A stretch of DNA of 64,000 bases from Akkermansia muciniphila. Its GTDB lineage: Bacteria; Verrucomicrobiota; Verrucomicrobiia; Limisphaerales; SXTU01. Of this stretch, positions 22,863 through 30,611 are shown piece by piece. A program made the position numbers and the translations under genes. The notes beneath the pieces are model-generated. The model was not told where the DNA came from. It worked only from the letters and a program-made list of their open reading frames with translations, and did no database searches. Every line of letters begins with the position of its first letter. Within the stretch, counting starts at the first letter, position 1. The stretch spans positions 12,023 through 76,022 of the forward strand of contig CAMCFN010000005.1 in NCBI GenBank assembly GCA_945874145.1. The letters are read 5' to 3'.

Positions 22863-23708
22863 ATGAGCCGGGAAATGCAGCTACAGCGCTGGGAGCTGAA
22901 ATACATCATCCCAGAGGCCACCGCCGTGGCGGTGCGCCATTTCATTAGCGCCTACACGGTGCTGGATGACTACGGGGTCGGCAAACCGCACAACTCCTAT
23001 CCCATCCACAGCCTCTATCTCGACTCAGAAGCGCTGACCATCTACTGGCACACGATCAACGGGAACAAGAACCGCTTCAAGCTTCGCCTCCGCTTCTATG
23101 ACAACGAGCCGGACTCGCCGGTCTTCTTCGAGATCAAGCGCCGGATGAACAACGCCATTTTGAAGCAGCGCGGCGGCGTGCGGCGTAAATCCGTGGATTA
23201 TATCCTCTCCGGCCACCTGCCCCAACCCGAGCATCTCGTCAAGCAAGGCAACTCCAAGGAGCTCGTCGCCCTCCAGCGCTTCAGCCAGTATCTCAAGGAA
23301 TACAAGGCCGTCCCCAAAGCCCACATTCACTACCTCCGCGAGGCCTGGGTCAGCCCCTACGACAACTCGCTGCGTATCACCTTCGATCGGAATGTGCTCA
23401 TCTCCGGCGAGCCCACCGCCCGGCTGGAAGCCACGCAAGTGAACCCCACTTGCGTCTTCGGCAGGGACGTAGTCCTCGAATTCAAGTTCACCGGCCGCTT
23501 CCCTGACTTCCTGCGTGATTGCGCCCGCGTCTTTGGCCTCACCACCACCACGGCCGCAAAATATGCCGACGGCATTGCGCTCAAGGGCGAAAAGTTTTTC
23601 GGCTGGACGAACGCGGTGCAGCACATGCGGGCCCGCCAGCCGCTGGAAGCCTTTGACGAGTCCCACATCGTCGTCGAGGAAGTGCGGGCGACCAAGACGG
23701 TGATCTGA
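22863..23708 (+). CDS. VTC-domain (polyphosphate polymerase-like) protein
   Basis: Start ATG 22863 (MSREMQLQRWELKYIIP). ELKY, YLDS, FKLRLRFYD and FFEIKRR are characteristic of the bacterial VTC/CYTH-like tunnel domain. Confidence 0.82.
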   Translation: MSREMQLQRWELKYIIPEATAVAVRHFISAYTVLDDYGVGKPHNSYPIHSLYLDSEALTIYWHTINGNKNRFKLRLRFYDNEPDSPVFFEIKRRMNNAILKQRGGVRRKSVDYILSGHLPQPEHLVKQGNSKELVALQRFSQYLKEYKAVPKAHIHYLREAWVSPYDNSLRITFDRNVLISGEPTARLEATQVNPTCVFGRDVVLEFKFTGRFPDFLRDCARVFGLTTTTAAKYADGIALKGEKFFGWTNAVQHMRARQPLEAFDESHIVVEEVRATKTVI

Positions 23709-23791
23709 ACCTAACGCGCCACTTTTTCCTCGCAATCCTCAGCCCGATAATAATCCTCGCTTCACCGCTTAAACCTAAAAACAACAAACAC

Positions 23792-24481
23792 ATGAACGAG
23801 TGGCTATTTTTCCAAGGTGACACCTCGCTGGCCCCGCCGAACATCCCCGCCACGGTCCTCGGCCTGCTGCTGTCTTTCCTGCTGGGGCAGACGCTGGCGT
23901 GGACCTACATGATGACGCATGCCGGCCTGAGCTACTCCCGCTCCTTCGTCAATGCGCTCGTCGTCACGCCCGTCATCGTCTCGCTCGTGATGACCGTGCT
24001 CTCCAACAACATCGTCACCGCCTTCGGCATGATGGCCGTGTTCGCCATCGTGCGCTTCCGCAACATCCTGCGCGATACGCTGGACACCACCTTCGTCCTG
24101 ACCTCGATCTTCATCGGCATGGGCTGCGGTACGCAGAAGTTCTCCACCACCGTCGTCGGGGCGCTGATCATCTTTTCGCTGATGATCTACCTCTGGTTCA
24201 CCAACTTTGGCGCCCGCCACCGTTACGACCTTATCCTGAACCTCCACTGGGCGCGCTCACCCGGCGAATTGATGGACCTGAGCAACATGCTCAACCGCCA
24301 CTCCCGCCGCGTCCACCTCGCCAGCCAGCGTTCGCACCAAGGTTACGAGGGCGCGGACTTCTCCTTCCGCCTGTTGTTGCGTGACCCCGCACGCGTGGAT
24401 GAATTGGTCGCCGAAGTTCAAGGCCTTGAAGGTGCCTCCCAAATCACCACGCTCAAGGCCGAAGACGAGTCGGAGCTGTAG
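23792..24481 (+). CDS. DUF4956-domain membrane protein
   Basis: Four hydrophobic helices. The AIVRFRN motif is typical of DUF4956. This is the usual genomic partner of bacterial VTC-domain genes. Confidence 0.82.
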   Translation: MNEWLFFQGDTSLAPPNIPATVLGLLLSFLLGQTLAWTYMMTHAGLSYSRSFVNALVVTPVIVSLVMTVLSNNIVTAFGMMAVFAIVRFRNILRDTLDTTFVLTSIFIGMGCGTQKFSTTVVGALIIFSLMIYLWFTNFGARHRYDLILNLHWARSPGELMDLSNMLNRHSRRVHLASQRSHQGYEGADFSFRLLLRDPARVDELVAEVQGLEGASQITTLKAEDESEL

Positions 24482-24512
24482 CGCTCACATCTGCAATCTC
24501 CACTGCAATCAA

Positions 24513-24544
24513 GGCGCGGAGGAACCCTCCGCGCCTTTTGATTT
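24513..24544 (+). terminator. Rho-independent terminator of the VTC-DUF4956 operon
   Basis: GGCGCGGAGG-aacc-CTCCGCGCC followed by TTTTGATTT, 32 nt after the stop at 24479-24481. Confidence 0.75.
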
Positions 24545-24694
24545 GGCCGCAAACCTGAGGGCCTGCGATGTGAACAATTTCGCCGCCCGCACGAAGATGC
24601 AGGCGTTCATCACGGTCAGGTTTCATCGACTTCGACCTCCCCACGCTTGACGCTCCCCTGCCCCGCTCCTAGGTTGCGCGCCAACCTAACCCCC

Positions 24695-26086
24695 ATGAAT
24701 TCCCCCGAGCCAGCCATCCGCGAGTTCGCGCAGCGCCTCGCCTTTCTCCTAATGTTCCGCACCGCGCTACGCTGCGCGACCGTGTGGCTGCTCGGCGTCG
24801 GCGTCGCCGTGCTAGTGGCCCGTGTCACGGGCCTGATGGCCTCGCACTGGCTCATCGGCGGATTGGCGGGGTTGGTGCCAGTGATCGCCTTTGCAGCATG
24901 GGTGGAATGGCGGCGGCGCCCGCAACTCGCCGTCGTGCGCGCGGCGATGGACCGCCACAATCACGCCGGCGGCCTGCTCATGGCCGCCGCACAGGCGAAT
25001 GTCTCCGCGTGGCAGAACGGCTCCAGGCCCGCCCAGCCCATCGTGCGCTGGAACAGTGGCCGGCCCATGACGCTCTTCTGCGCGGCGGCGCTTTTCCTCG
25101 GCGCGTCCATGCTAATGCCCGAGCGGTTCATCGTCGGTGCGGCGCAGCGCCCGCTCGACGTGGGCAAGCTCGTCACGGAGTTGACCGAGCAAATCACCGC
25201 GCTGGAGGAGGAAAAGATTTTGCCGGAGGACAAGGCCCTTGAACTCAAGAAGGAACTCGCCCGCCTCGGCAAGGAATCCGCCGCGCGCGACCCTGCCAAG
25301 ACCTGGGAATCCCTCGACCACCTCAAGCAGTCCAACAGCGACCTCGCCAAGCAGGCCGCCGAGGAGGCCATCCAGAAGACCGACGCCATGAAGCAGGCCG
25401 AAACCCTCGCCGCCGCGCTGGGCCTGCTGCCGGACTCGGCGTCGTCGCTCCTCGAACGCGCCATGCAGGACATGGCCTCGCTCCTCCAGCAGGCGAAGCT
25501 CGAGCAGGGCCTCCTTGCCGCGAAGCTCCCGGAGGAACTCCTCAAGGCCGCGAAGGACGGCAAGCTCAACCCCGAGCAGCTCAAGGAATTGATGAAGGCG
25601 CTCCAGGCCAACAAGGACAAGCTGGGCGAGTGCCTCAACAAGCTCGCGAACCTCAAGCTCATTGACCCCAAGCTTCTCGAAGCCTGCAAGAACGCCGGCC
25701 AGTGCCCGAACCCCGCCGGCCTCGCCGCCTTCCTCGCCGAGAACGGCGCGAACCTCGACTCCGTCCTCTTGGTGGTGCAGACCTACGCCGGACAGGGTGG
25801 CGTGGGCCGCGGTCGCGCCGATGCGCCCCTGACGTGGACCGACCCGTCCGACGAGTCGGGCATGAAGTTCAAGGACACCGCGCTGCCGATGGGGCCGCTC
25901 AGTGGCTTGAAGGACGCGCAGCTCGTGGGCATCAGCCGCAGCGCGCCCGAAGTGACCGGCGACAAGGAAGCCGCCCAGACCGGTGCCCTCACCGGAGCCG
26001 AAGCCGGCGGCGGCGCGGCTAACGTCCAGCAACTCCTCCCCCGTCACAAAGGCGCGGTGCAACGCTTCTTCAAGCGGGAGAATTGA
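24695..26086 (+). CDS. Membrane-anchored coiled-coil protein, function unknown
   Basis: Start ATG 24695. N-terminal TM helices (VWLLGVGVAVLVARV, GGLAGLVPVIAFAAW), a long Glu/Lys/Leu-rich helical region, and a C-terminal RHKGAVQRFFKR tail. Confidence 0.7.
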   Translation: MNSPEPAIREFAQRLAFLLMFRTALRCATVWLLGVGVAVLVARVTGLMASHWLIGGLAGLVPVIAFAAWVEWRRRPQLAVVRAAMDRHNHAGGLLMAAAQANVSAWQNGSRPAQPIVRWNSGRPMTLFCAAALFLGASMLMPERFIVGAAQRPLDVGKLVTELTEQITALEEEKILPEDKALELKKELARLGKESAARDPAKTWESLDHLKQSNSDLAKQAAEEAIQKTDAMKQAETLAAALGLLPDSASSLLERAMQDMASLLQQAKLEQGLLAAKLPEELLKAAKDGKLNPEQLKELMKALQANKDKLGECLNKLANLKLIDPKLLEACKNAGQCPNPAGLAAFLAENGANLDSVLLVVQTYAGQGGVGRGRADAPLTWTDPSDESGMKFKDTALPMGPLSGLKDAQLVGISRSAPEVTGDKEAAQTGALTGAEAGGGAANVQQLLPRHKGAVQRFFKREN

Positions 26087-26090
26087 GCAA

Positions 26091-26834
26091 ATGGCCCACC
26101 GGTATATGAAAATCGGGCTGGCGTCGCTTGTGTTGGCGACCTGCTTTCTTTCGTCCTGCGCTTCGCCTGCTTTGCTCACTTTCAAGCGGAGTAACGACAC
26201 CAGCGCTTGGGCGACCGAGAACATCAACGGGCTACAGGTCCGGCATCCAAGAGAGCTGCGGGTGACTCGGCTGAATCCAACTCTCACCGCGTTTGCCATC
26301 TCAGGTTACGAAGGGAGCCGTTCAACCGACTATTTGGGTTTTGTGATGCGCAGCGGAGTTTACGTTAGCTACCCGACTAGGAAATCGTTGGAAATGCTTC
26401 GAAAATCGGTTCTGGCGCAGGACGGAAAGATTATTGGTGAGCCGAAAACTACGGGCACTTTTCAGTATCTTTTTCCAATGTCGTCAGAGATTGACCAGAA
26501 GACCGGCAAGAAGCTCATTCCCTCGGTGGTCAAGGTGAGCAGCTTTGGATGGTTCTTCACAACACCAGATGGAAAGGTGTGCGGCATGCACTTGCAGAAA
26601 CCTCACGACCCAATCGAATACACAAAGTGGAGTCCTGAAGCGGTATTCACTGCGGAGGAGATTGAGCTGCTGGACAAGGCTATCGTAGCGTCCAGTGAAA
26701 GCTTTACCTGCGCGAACACTTCTTCCTTGCGCCCTCTGCGCCCTTTCGCGGCCAACCACAGCAGCCCCGCTTCCGTCATCGCCGCTTCCAGTCCATCCGC
26801 CACACCGAGGCCCCAGAAGCGGTCGCTCACATAG
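26091..26834 (+). CDS. Lipoprotein, hypothetical, in a low-G+C patch
   Basis: Lipobox LATCFLSSC. Two 60-nt lines counted here were 50% and 43% G+C, versus 70% for a line in the preceding gene. The last ~25 codons run antisense into the HAD-gene fragment, so the true 3' end is uncertain. Confidence 0.55.
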   Translation: MAHRYMKIGLASLVLATCFLSSCASPALLTFKRSNDTSAWATENINGLQVRHPRELRVTRLNPTLTAFAISGYEGSRSTDYLGFVMRSGVYVSYPTRKSLEMLRKSVLAQDGKIIGEPKTTGTFQYLFPMSSEIDQKTGKKLIPSVVKVSSFGWFFTTPDGKVCGMHLQKPHDPIEYTKWSPEAVFTAEEIELLDKAIVASSESFTCANTSSLRPLRPFAANHSSPASVIAASSPSATPRPQKRSLT

Positions 26835-26895
26835 CCGCCTTCGCGCCAGACGGCCTCCCTCACCGGCGGGATGGCGTTTGCAGGCGCAACCACAG
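26756..26895 (-). pseudogene. Orphan 3'-terminal fragment of a HAD-IIB hydrolase gene (duplicate of 28808-28947)
   Basis: Translates to VAPANAIPPVREAVWREGGYVSDRFWGLGVADGLEAAMTEAGLL. The intact gene has VAPANAIQPVKEAVWREGGYVSDRLWGHGVADGLEAAMKEAGLL*. The stop TAG is replaced by TGG. Confidence 0.7.
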
Positions 26896-26938
26896 GACTT
26901 GTTTTGACTCACCCGCGCGGCTGCGGCACGCTGTGGCC

Positions 26939-27151
26939 ATGAACTCCGAAATCATCTTCGAGGTGACTGAGGCCGAGGAGGGTGGCTATTGCGCCTCCGC
27001 GTTGGGCTACGGCATCAACACTCAGGGTGAAACCTTGGCGGAACTCCGCGCGATGGTCCGGGATGCCGTGGCCTGCTACTTCGACACCCCGGAGCAGGCC
27101 CCGAAAATCATCCGCCTCCATTTCGTCCGCGACGAAGTGCTGGCGCGATGA
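26939..27151 (+). CDS. hicB: HicB-like antitoxin (short form, no obvious DNA-binding domain)
   Basis: MNSEIIFEVTEAEEGGYCASALGYGINTQGETLAELRAMVRDAV matches the small HicB-like fold pattern. 4-nt ATGA overlap with hicA. Confidence 0.75.
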   Translation: MNSEIIFEVTEAEEGGYCASALGYGINTQGETLAELRAMVRDAVACYFDTPEQAPKIIRLHFVRDEVLAR

Positions 27152-27390
27152 AAACACCGCGCGACCTGTCCGGGCAGGAGTTGGCGAAAGCTCTACGGAA
27201 GCTCGGCTACGTCGTGACCCGCCAGCACGGTTCCCACCTCCGTGTCACCACGCAGCAGGGCGGCGAGCATCACGAGGTCGTTCCCAACCACAGCCCCATC
27301 AAGCTCGGCACGCTCAAAGGCATCCTCCGCAATGTGTCTCAGCACCACCGCATGAGCGTGGCGCAGTTGATGGAGACGCTCGACCTGTAG
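27148..27390 (+). CDS. hicA: HicA-family mRNA interferase toxin
   Basis: LSGQELAKALRKLGYVVTRQHGSHLRV...VPNHSPIKLGTLKGIL has the YcfA/HicA signature with GSH. 80 aa. Confidence 0.82.
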   Translation: MKTPRDLSGQELAKALRKLGYVVTRQHGSHLRVTTQQGGEHHEVVPNHSPIKLGTLKGILRNVSQHHRMSVAQLMETLDL

Positions 27391-27397
27391 GAAGTTT

Positions 27398-28681
27398 CTA
27401 CTTCACCACTTCCAGCCCCGGAATCGCCGCCTTGAGCTTGGCGATGGCGGCGTCGGTGACTTTGTTGCCTTGGATTTCCAAGCGCTTCAGCCGGCTCAGG
27501 CCTGAGAAGGCTTCGAGGCTGGCGTCGGTGATTTGCGTGCCGGGCACGAGGAGGACTTCGAGGTTCTTGAGCCGCGCGAGATGCTGCGCGCCCTCGTCCT
27601 TGATGGGGCCATAGACGCGCAGCACGCGCAGGCTCTGAATCTCGCTGGCGTGGCGCACGCCTTCGACGGACGCCTGCCCGTCGTGCAGGTCCAGCTCGCG
27701 GAGTTTCTTCAAGCCGGTGAGCGATTTGATGGCTGCACCGGTGGCCTTGCGACTGCCCAACTGGAGTCGCTCCAAGTTCACGAGTTTCGCCAGCGGCAAC
27801 GCGCCCGCGTCCGTGAAGTGCGTGTGGACAATCTCCAGGCGCTCATGACTCGGCACCTTGCTGATGCCAGCGATGCCCGCGTCGTCCACCGGCGCGGTGT
27901 GAAAGTTCGCCGACTCCAGACGCTTCAAGTTGCCTAGGAACTTGTAGCCCGCGCCGCTGCTCTTGGCCGAGGCGAGCGAGATGACGCGCAAGTTCGTCAG
28001 CCCGCCGAGTTGTTCCAGCCACGGGTCGGTGATGAGCGTGAGCGTGAGGTTGAGGCGCTCCAGGCTCTTGAGCGCGCCGACGTGCTTGAGGCCGGGACCG
28101 GCGATGTTGCTGTTCGAGAGGTCGAGATAGGCGAGGTCCGGGAGGTTCACGAGGTTCGTGAGCCAGCCGTCACTCAGGGTGGTGTTGCGTTTGTAAGTCG
28201 GGTCGTGTGGGTTGCCCTTGTCGTTGAGGTCAATGGCCGTAAGCCGGTCGAAGAGGCGCATCGCATCGTCGCCCGCCACGTCGCGCAGCCACTGCGGCCC
28301 GCCCCCCTCGAAGCGCACGGTGCCGCGCGCGCCCTTGACCGCCTCGGCCACGGCGAGGAGGTGCGGACGCGCGAGCGCGGCCTTCTCCAGCGCGGGAATC
28401 ATCTCACGAGCACGGATGCGCAGGAGCGGGTCGTAGCCCTTGCGCCACTGGGCATCCAGTTCGGCCAGCACTGGCGCATCGAAGGCCTTCTTCCCCTTGG
28501 CATCCCACGCGGTCACGGTGGCCAGCATCTGGCGCATGAGCGCAACGTCATTGGTCGTGGCCACGATGGTTTGCGCTGGCAGTGAGATCGGCCCAAGCAG
28601 CAGCGCGAGGGCAACCCAGGCTGAAAAGGAAGTGGTGAACAGGATGGCCAGGCCACGTTGGGGGCGAAGAATGTCATTCAT
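27398..28681 (-). CDS. Leucine-rich repeat protein, secreted
   Basis: Start ATG 28681. Signal/TM segment, then repeated LxxLxxLxLxxTxITDAGL units (for example LKNLEVLLVPGTQITDASL, LSRLKRLEIQGNKVTDAAI). Confidence 0.8.
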   Translation of the reverse strand: MNDILRPQRGLAILFTTSFSAWVALALLLGPISLPAQTIVATTNDVALMRQMLATVTAWDAKGKKAFDAPVLAELDAQWRKGYDPLLRIRAREMIPALEKAALARPHLLAVAEAVKGARGTVRFEGGGPQWLRDVAGDDAMRLFDRLTAIDLNDKGNPHDPTYKRNTTLSDGWLTNLVNLPDLAYLDLSNSNIAGPGLKHVGALKSLERLNLTLTLITDPWLEQLGGLTNLRVISLASAKSSGAGYKFLGNLKRLESANFHTAPVDDAGIAGISKVPSHERLEIVHTHFTDAGALPLAKLVNLERLQLGSRKATGAAIKSLTGLKKLRELDLHDGQASVEGVRHASEIQSLRVLRVYGPIKDEGAQHLARLKNLEVLLVPGTQITDASLEAFSGLSRLKRLEIQGNKVTDAAIAKLKAAIPGLEVVK

Positions 28682-28807
28682 GCAGAGGCGCGCATCTTCG
28701 ACGGGGCGCGTGGGGAAAAACAAGCCGGGAACTCGGCGTGCAGTTGTAGCGGCGGTCTGTGACCGCCGAACTAGTGTCGCCTTAAGGCCGGCGATTACTG
28801 ACGGCCG

Positions 28808-29593
28808 CTACAGCAAGCCCGCTTCCTTCATCGCCGCCTCCAGGCCATCCGCCACGCCGTGGCCCCAGAGGCGGTCGCTTACGTAACCGCCCTCGCGCCA
28901 GACGGCTTCCTTCACCGGCTGGATGGCGTTCGCGGGTGCGACCAGCCAGCACGCGTGCTCGTCGCGCAGCATCGGGAGATCGTTGAAATGATCGCCCGCC
29001 GCGAAGACACACTCGCGCGTCAGGCCGAGCTGCCGCGTGATTTCCGCCAGCGCCGTGCCCTTGCTGTAGGCCGTGTGGCTGAAGCGCGCGTAAACGTCGT
29101 TGCGCACCACCGTCAGATTCGGCACGGACTCGCAGTAATCCTTGAGATGCGCCTCGATGTCGTCCGCGTCCGGATTGTTCCCCGCGATGAGGCAGAACGG
29201 CGAGTAGGCGTCGGAATAGACTGAAGCACGGAAGCGGCCGTTGACCCACTGGAAGAGGCGCGGCAGATCCTTCTCCACCGCGATGAACAGTTCGCGGTGC
29301 GCGCGCGCGCAATCGCCGTTCCACGGTTGCAGCGGGAAGAAGCGCGGCCCCTCGCGGAAGTATATTTCCCGCTCCACCGTCACCAGCCAGTCCGGCTGGA
29401 TGCTCAGCTGTGCGCGGCCCACCCCCTCCATCAGGCTGGAGAGGTCGCGTCCGGTGTTGATGACCCACTTCGCGCCCCGCCGCTGCAAGTCCCCGATGAG
29501 CTCCTGCAAGCGCACTGGCACGGGCGGAACCTCGTGGTCCGCGTGTAGCGTTCCGTCGAAGTCGGTTGAGATTAGTTGAATGGGCAAGTCCAT
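28808..29593 (-). CDS. HAD-IIB (Cof/sucrose-phosphatase-like) hydrolase
   Basis: Start ATG 29593 (MDLPIQLISTDFDGTL = DxDGT motif I). TGR motif II. GDHFNDLPML motif IV. Confidence 0.85.
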   Translation of the reverse strand: MDLPIQLISTDFDGTLHADHEVPPVPVRLQELIGDLQRRGAKWVINTGRDLSSLMEGVGRAQLSIQPDWLVTVEREIYFREGPRFFPLQPWNGDCARAHRELFIAVEKDLPRLFQWVNGRFRASVYSDAYSPFCLIAGNNPDADDIEAHLKDYCESVPNLTVVRNDVYARFSHTAYSKGTALAEITRQLGLTRECVFAAGDHFNDLPMLRDEHACWLVAPANAIQPVKEAVWREGGYVSDRLWGHGVADGLEAAMKEAGLL

Positions 29594-29603
29594 CAGAGGC
29601 GGA

Positions 29604-29710
29604 AGTATTGGGTAATTCGTGGTCAGTTGCCAGTCGGCAGTTTCCTGAGGCCGTTCGTGCTCGCTGCCCCTGAACACTGAAAACTGTTCACTGATTGCTG
29701 ACCGCTCCCT
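29604..29710 (+). repeat. Heptad-periodic inverted-array element, copy 1 (degenerate)
   Basis: Left arm: AGTATTG GGTAATT CGTGGTC AGTTGCC AGTCGGC AGTTTCC (29604-29645). 23-nt spacer. Right arm: CCTGAAC ACTGAAA ACTGTTC ACTGATT GCTGACC GCTCCCT (29669-29710). Confidence 0.65.
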
Positions 29711-29734
29711 TTCGCCTTACCATCCCTCACAGCG

Positions 29735-30190
29735 ATGCCCGACGACCTCCAAGCCCAATACGACGACGCCATGTTCGCCTTTAGCCAGGGCGACTACGAC
29801 ACCGCCATCGCCGGCCTGCGCGCCGTGCTGGCCGCCGACCCCGCGCACTTCGACGCCCAGCTCTCGCTCGGCATGGCGTATTGCCGGCAAGGCGACTTCG
29901 CCACCGCCATCGCCGAAGGTCACAAGGCCGAGCAGATGCGCCCGCACGAGCAGCTCGTCCACACCAACCTCTCCCTATTCTACATGCGCGCCGGCAAAAA
30001 GGTGACGGCCGAGCACCACGGCCTCCAGGCCCGCATCGCCTCGTGGAAAGGCAACATGACCGCCCCCGGCACCACGCCCGCCGCCCCCGGCGACCCCGAA
30101 CTCGAACTCGCCAAGCCCGCCCCGCAGGCCTTCAAGCTCCCCGAGAAGTTCCCCGACCAGCCGTGGAAGAAAAACAAGAAAGTGGGGTAA
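29735..30190 (+). CDS. TPR-repeat protein
   Basis: YDDAMFAFSQGDYDTAIAGLRAVLAADPAHFDAQLSLGMAYCRQGDFATAI gives two clear TPR units. 151 aa. Confidence 0.75.
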   Translation: MPDDLQAQYDDAMFAFSQGDYDTAIAGLRAVLAADPAHFDAQLSLGMAYCRQGDFATAIAEGHKAEQMRPHEQLVHTNLSLFYMRAGKKVTAEHHGLQARIASWKGNMTAPGTTPAAPGDPELELAKPAPQAFKLPEKFPDQPWKKNKKVG

Positions 30191-30193
30191 CGG

Positions 30194-30511
30194 ATGGCTG
30201 ACAATTTTCTTCCTGCTCTCGCCGCCGCCGCCGTGCCATCCGGCAAGGGCGAGACCGTCGAGCTTGGCGGTCGGCGCATCGCGGTCTTCAACGTCGATGG
30301 ACAGTTTTACGCGCTGGATGACACCTGCCCGCATCGGGGCGGTCCGCTGGGACCGGGCTGGATCGAGGGGGAGAAATGCACGGTGGTCTGCCCGTTGCAC
30401 GGCTGGGAATTCGACCTCAAGACCGGCGCGTGCCTCACGGTGCCGTCCCGGCCCGTGCGATCGCATCCCGTCCGCGTGGTAGAGGGCATGGTTTGCGTGA
30501 GTGTTCAGTAA
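30194..30511 (+). CDS. Rieske [2Fe-2S] protein, NirD-like small subunit
   Basis: CPHRGGPL ... CPLHGWEF Rieske ligand boxes. 105 aa. 3-nt gap after the TPR gene. Confidence 0.85.
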   Translation: MADNFLPALAAAAVPSGKGETVELGGRRIAVFNVDGQFYALDDTCPHRGGPLGPGWIEGEKCTVVCPLHGWEFDLKTGACLTVPSRPVRSHPVRVVEGMVCVSVQ

Positions 30512-30610
30512 GCAGTGTTCAGTGTTCAGTTGTCGGCAGGATTGCGCCGCAGCGGGCGCGAGGTAATCTCCCACCACTGAACACTAAAAACTGAACGCTG
30601 AAAACTTCCC
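30500..30610 (+). repeat. Heptad-periodic inverted-array element, copy 2 (best preserved)
   Basis: Left arm: AGTGTTC AGTAAGC AGTGTTC AGTGTTC AGTTGTC (30500-30534). 41-nt spacer. Right arm: ACTGAAC ACTAAAA ACTGAAC GCTGAAA ACTTCCC (30576-30610). It overlaps the Rieske stop codon and ends 1 nt before ATG 30612. Confidence 0.75.
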
Positions 30611-30611
30611 C

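Noticed and set aside
24655-24666. 12-mer CCCCTGCCCCGC shared with 56750-56761, possibly linking the two upstream regions.
   Set aside because: In a 64-kb GC-rich window many 12-mer coincidences are expected by chance, and the similarity does not extend further.
26091-28807. Looked for an integrase, recombinase or transposase that could explain the duplicated HAD 3' end. The 41598-43165 and 36217-36972 insertions were examined for the same.
   Set aside because: No ORF in any frame shows tyrosine/serine recombinase, DDE or HUH motifs. The scars are reported, but no mobile element is called.
29604-30610. Could the repeated short units be a CRISPR array?
   Set aside because: The units are 7 nt, degenerate and contiguous, with no 25-40-nt repeats separated by unique spacers and no cas genes in the window.
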